Positions 62,368-64,000 of a stretch of DNA of 64,000 nt are shown here, piece after piece; within the stretch, counting starts at the first letter, position 1; every line of letters starts with the position of its first letter. Made by a program: the position numbers and the translations under genes. Origin of the DNA: Desulfomonilia bacterium (GTDB lineage Bacteria; Desulfobacterota; Desulfomonilia; UBA1062); NCBI GenBank assembly GCA_050014195.1, contig JBEKDT010000019.1:1-64000 (forward strand). Reading direction: 5' to 3'. Under the pieces are notes generated by a model. The model saw only the letters and a program-made list of their open reading frames with translations, was not told where the DNA came from and made no database searches.

Positions 62368-63123
62368 ATGAAAATGATTTCGGTATCATATCAGGATGCA
62401 GTAGCCATCGTGAAGTTGAGTTCAGGCATCACGAATGCCCTGGATCTGGGACTTGTCAATGAGCTGGATGAAAACCTGGACAGGGTGGAGCAGGACCCTA
62501 ACGTGTGCGGGCTTGTCCTTGGGAGCAGCAGTGATAAATTCTTTTCCATCGGATTCGACATTCAACACATGTTCGACTTCTCAAGGAAAGACTTTGAGAC
62601 ATTTTTCAGGGCGTTCAACCGTGTATGCCTCAGGCTGTATACTCTGCCGAAGCCGACGGCGGCAGCGATTACAGGGCACGCCGTGGCGGGTGGGTGCATC
62701 GTGGTGCTGTGTTGCGATTACCGGTTCATAGGTGATGACAAAAAGTTCATTGGTCTCAATGAGATCAAATTGGGGGTCCCTGTCCCATACCTTGCCGATT
62801 GTATAGTCAGGGATATTGCGGGAACCCGTGTTGCACAGGAGATTATGGAGACCGGAAGGTTCTATGAGCCCCCCGAGTCCCTGCAGATGGGTCTGGTTGA
62901 TGAGGTGGTTCCGGCAGGTGAGGTACTTGACCGTGCAGTGGAGAAAGTAAAATCAATAGGCAGCTGGCCTCAAAAGGCATTTGCCGGGATAAAGCAGAAT
63001 CGGACGGAAGAGATTGCGGCACGGGTACGCACTTTCCAGGAAGAAAAGCATAAGGCGTTCATCGATTGCTGGTATTCCGACGAGGCACGCACGCTGATAA
63101 ACGATGCAATGAAGAAGTTCTAG
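62368..63123 (+). CDS. enoyl-CoA hydratase/isomerase family (Delta3-Delta2 isomerase-like)
   Basis: FFSIGFD, AAITGHAVAGG, IGLNEIKLG, GLVDEVV. Confidence 0.88.
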   Translation: MKMISVSYQDAVAIVKLSSGITNALDLGLVNELDENLDRVEQDPNVCGLVLGSSSDKFFSIGFDIQHMFDFSRKDFETFFRAFNRVCLRLYTLPKPTAAAITGHAVAGGCIVVLCCDYRFIGDDKKFIGLNEIKLGVPVPYLADCIVRDIAGTRVAQEIMETGRFYEPPESLQMGLVDEVVPAGEVLDRAVEKVKSIGSWPQKAFAGIKQNRTEEIAARVRTFQEEKHKAFIDCWYSDEARTLINDAMKKF

Positions 63124-63323
63124 GCTCAGTAGTGGGGTGGAGAACAACGAACCCCGGTGGTTCTCCTATGGTCAGGCTGGATAAGGAGGCGCCTTAAACA
63201 AAAAAGATGTCCCATTTTTCTTCATCTGGTGGTAATATAATGAAGATGCTTATGCTTAGGAGTTCTGACTTCCAAGTGGGCATTATTGTGCAATGTACCT
63301 ATAGCCGCTCAAGGGAGGTTTAT

Positions 63324-64000
63324 ATGACCTTACGTTCATTCAATATTGCTCCATGGCTCCTGATACTAACAATTATTGTTTTTCTATCAGGTTGTGCACA
63401 CGAGCCCCCGGAAGAGCCGCCCACGGGTTCCTACCTGGAGGATATATATTCTAAGGCGAACACCAACCCGGATGTGGACAAGTTCTGCAATGCCATGTCT
63501 CCCTATCTCCAATATATAGAACCACGCATCCCGTTACTGCCTGATGATCTCACCTTCGTATTCAGAGTATCGGGTGCATACTACGGGTATGCCTTCTCCT
63601 GTATGGAAGACACCGATAAGAAGGAGGCAAGCCTCCTTTACCTCAAGGGAAGGGATCTTTCCCTTGATGAGCTGAAGCGTTACAGGATATTTACCCAAGC
63701 CTTAAATGATACTGTCCAGAATTTCAGAGAAGCCTTGCCCAAAGGTCTTGACAAGAGAGATCTTCAAGCCATCTACTGGACCGCAGTTAACTGGGCCGGC
63801 TGGATCAACCTCAACCTTGAAAAGCCGGAGGCCATCGCAGACATACCCAAAGTGGAGGCCATGCTGGAGTTTCTCAATACGCTGGATGAGTCATATAACA
63901 ACGGCACCGTACATGCAGTGCTGGGGACCTTGTATGCAAACCGGCCCAAGGCGGAAGGTGGCGACCCTGAGAAGGCCAAGGAACAGTTCGACAAGGCCTT
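63324..64000 (+). CDS. TRAP-T transporter TatT-family lipoprotein (truncated by window end)
   Basis: not in the ORF track; my translation gives LSGC lipobox, YW.A..WAGWIN, LDESY..G..H..LG.LYA.RP...GGDPEKAKEQFDKA. Confidence 0.8.
   Translation, partial: MTLRSFNIAPWLLILTIIVFLSGCAHEPPEEPPTGSYLEDIYSKANTNPDVDKFCNAMSPYLQYIEPRIPLLPDDLTFVFRVSGAYYGYAFSCMEDTDKKEASLLYLKGRDLSLDELKRYRIFTQALNDTVQNFREALPKGLDKRDLQAIYWTAVNWAGWINLNLEKPEAIADIPKVEAMLEFLNTLDESYNNGTVHAVLGTLYANRPKAEGGDPEKAKEQFDKA

Overview
Window from a moderately GC-rich Gram-negative anaerobe, most likely Desulfobacterota (deltaproteobacterial; taxonomy inferred from gene content and order, not proven). Core blocks: macro domain-kdsB-waaA; satP-prpE; an acs-TetR(FadR-like)-fadB-etfBA-FeS oxidoreductase fatty-acid oxidation operon; and yceD-rpmF-fabD-fabG-acpP-fabF-rpiB-glyA-nrdR-ribDE(BA)H-nusB. 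Accessory DNA sits at two tRNA genes. (i) An island end at tRNA-Ala(GGC) carries a penicillin-acylase-family gene and a Schlafen/AlbA_2 gene followed by an attC-like site. (ii) A ~6.9 kb integrase element bounded by a 45-bp tRNA-Asn direct repeat has satellite-like content and is followed by a tRNA-ended structured repeat and a probable older island. The most notable finding is at 56.0-62.1 kb: apparent homologues of the whole actinobacterial methylmannose polysaccharide (MMP) gene set (MeT1, MmpH-like hydrolase, second O-methyltransferase, ManT-like GT4), expanded with an acyltransferase and a B12 radical SAM enzyme, in a fatty-acid-oxidising Gram-negative anaerobe. All family assignments come from motif recognition by eye; no searches were run.
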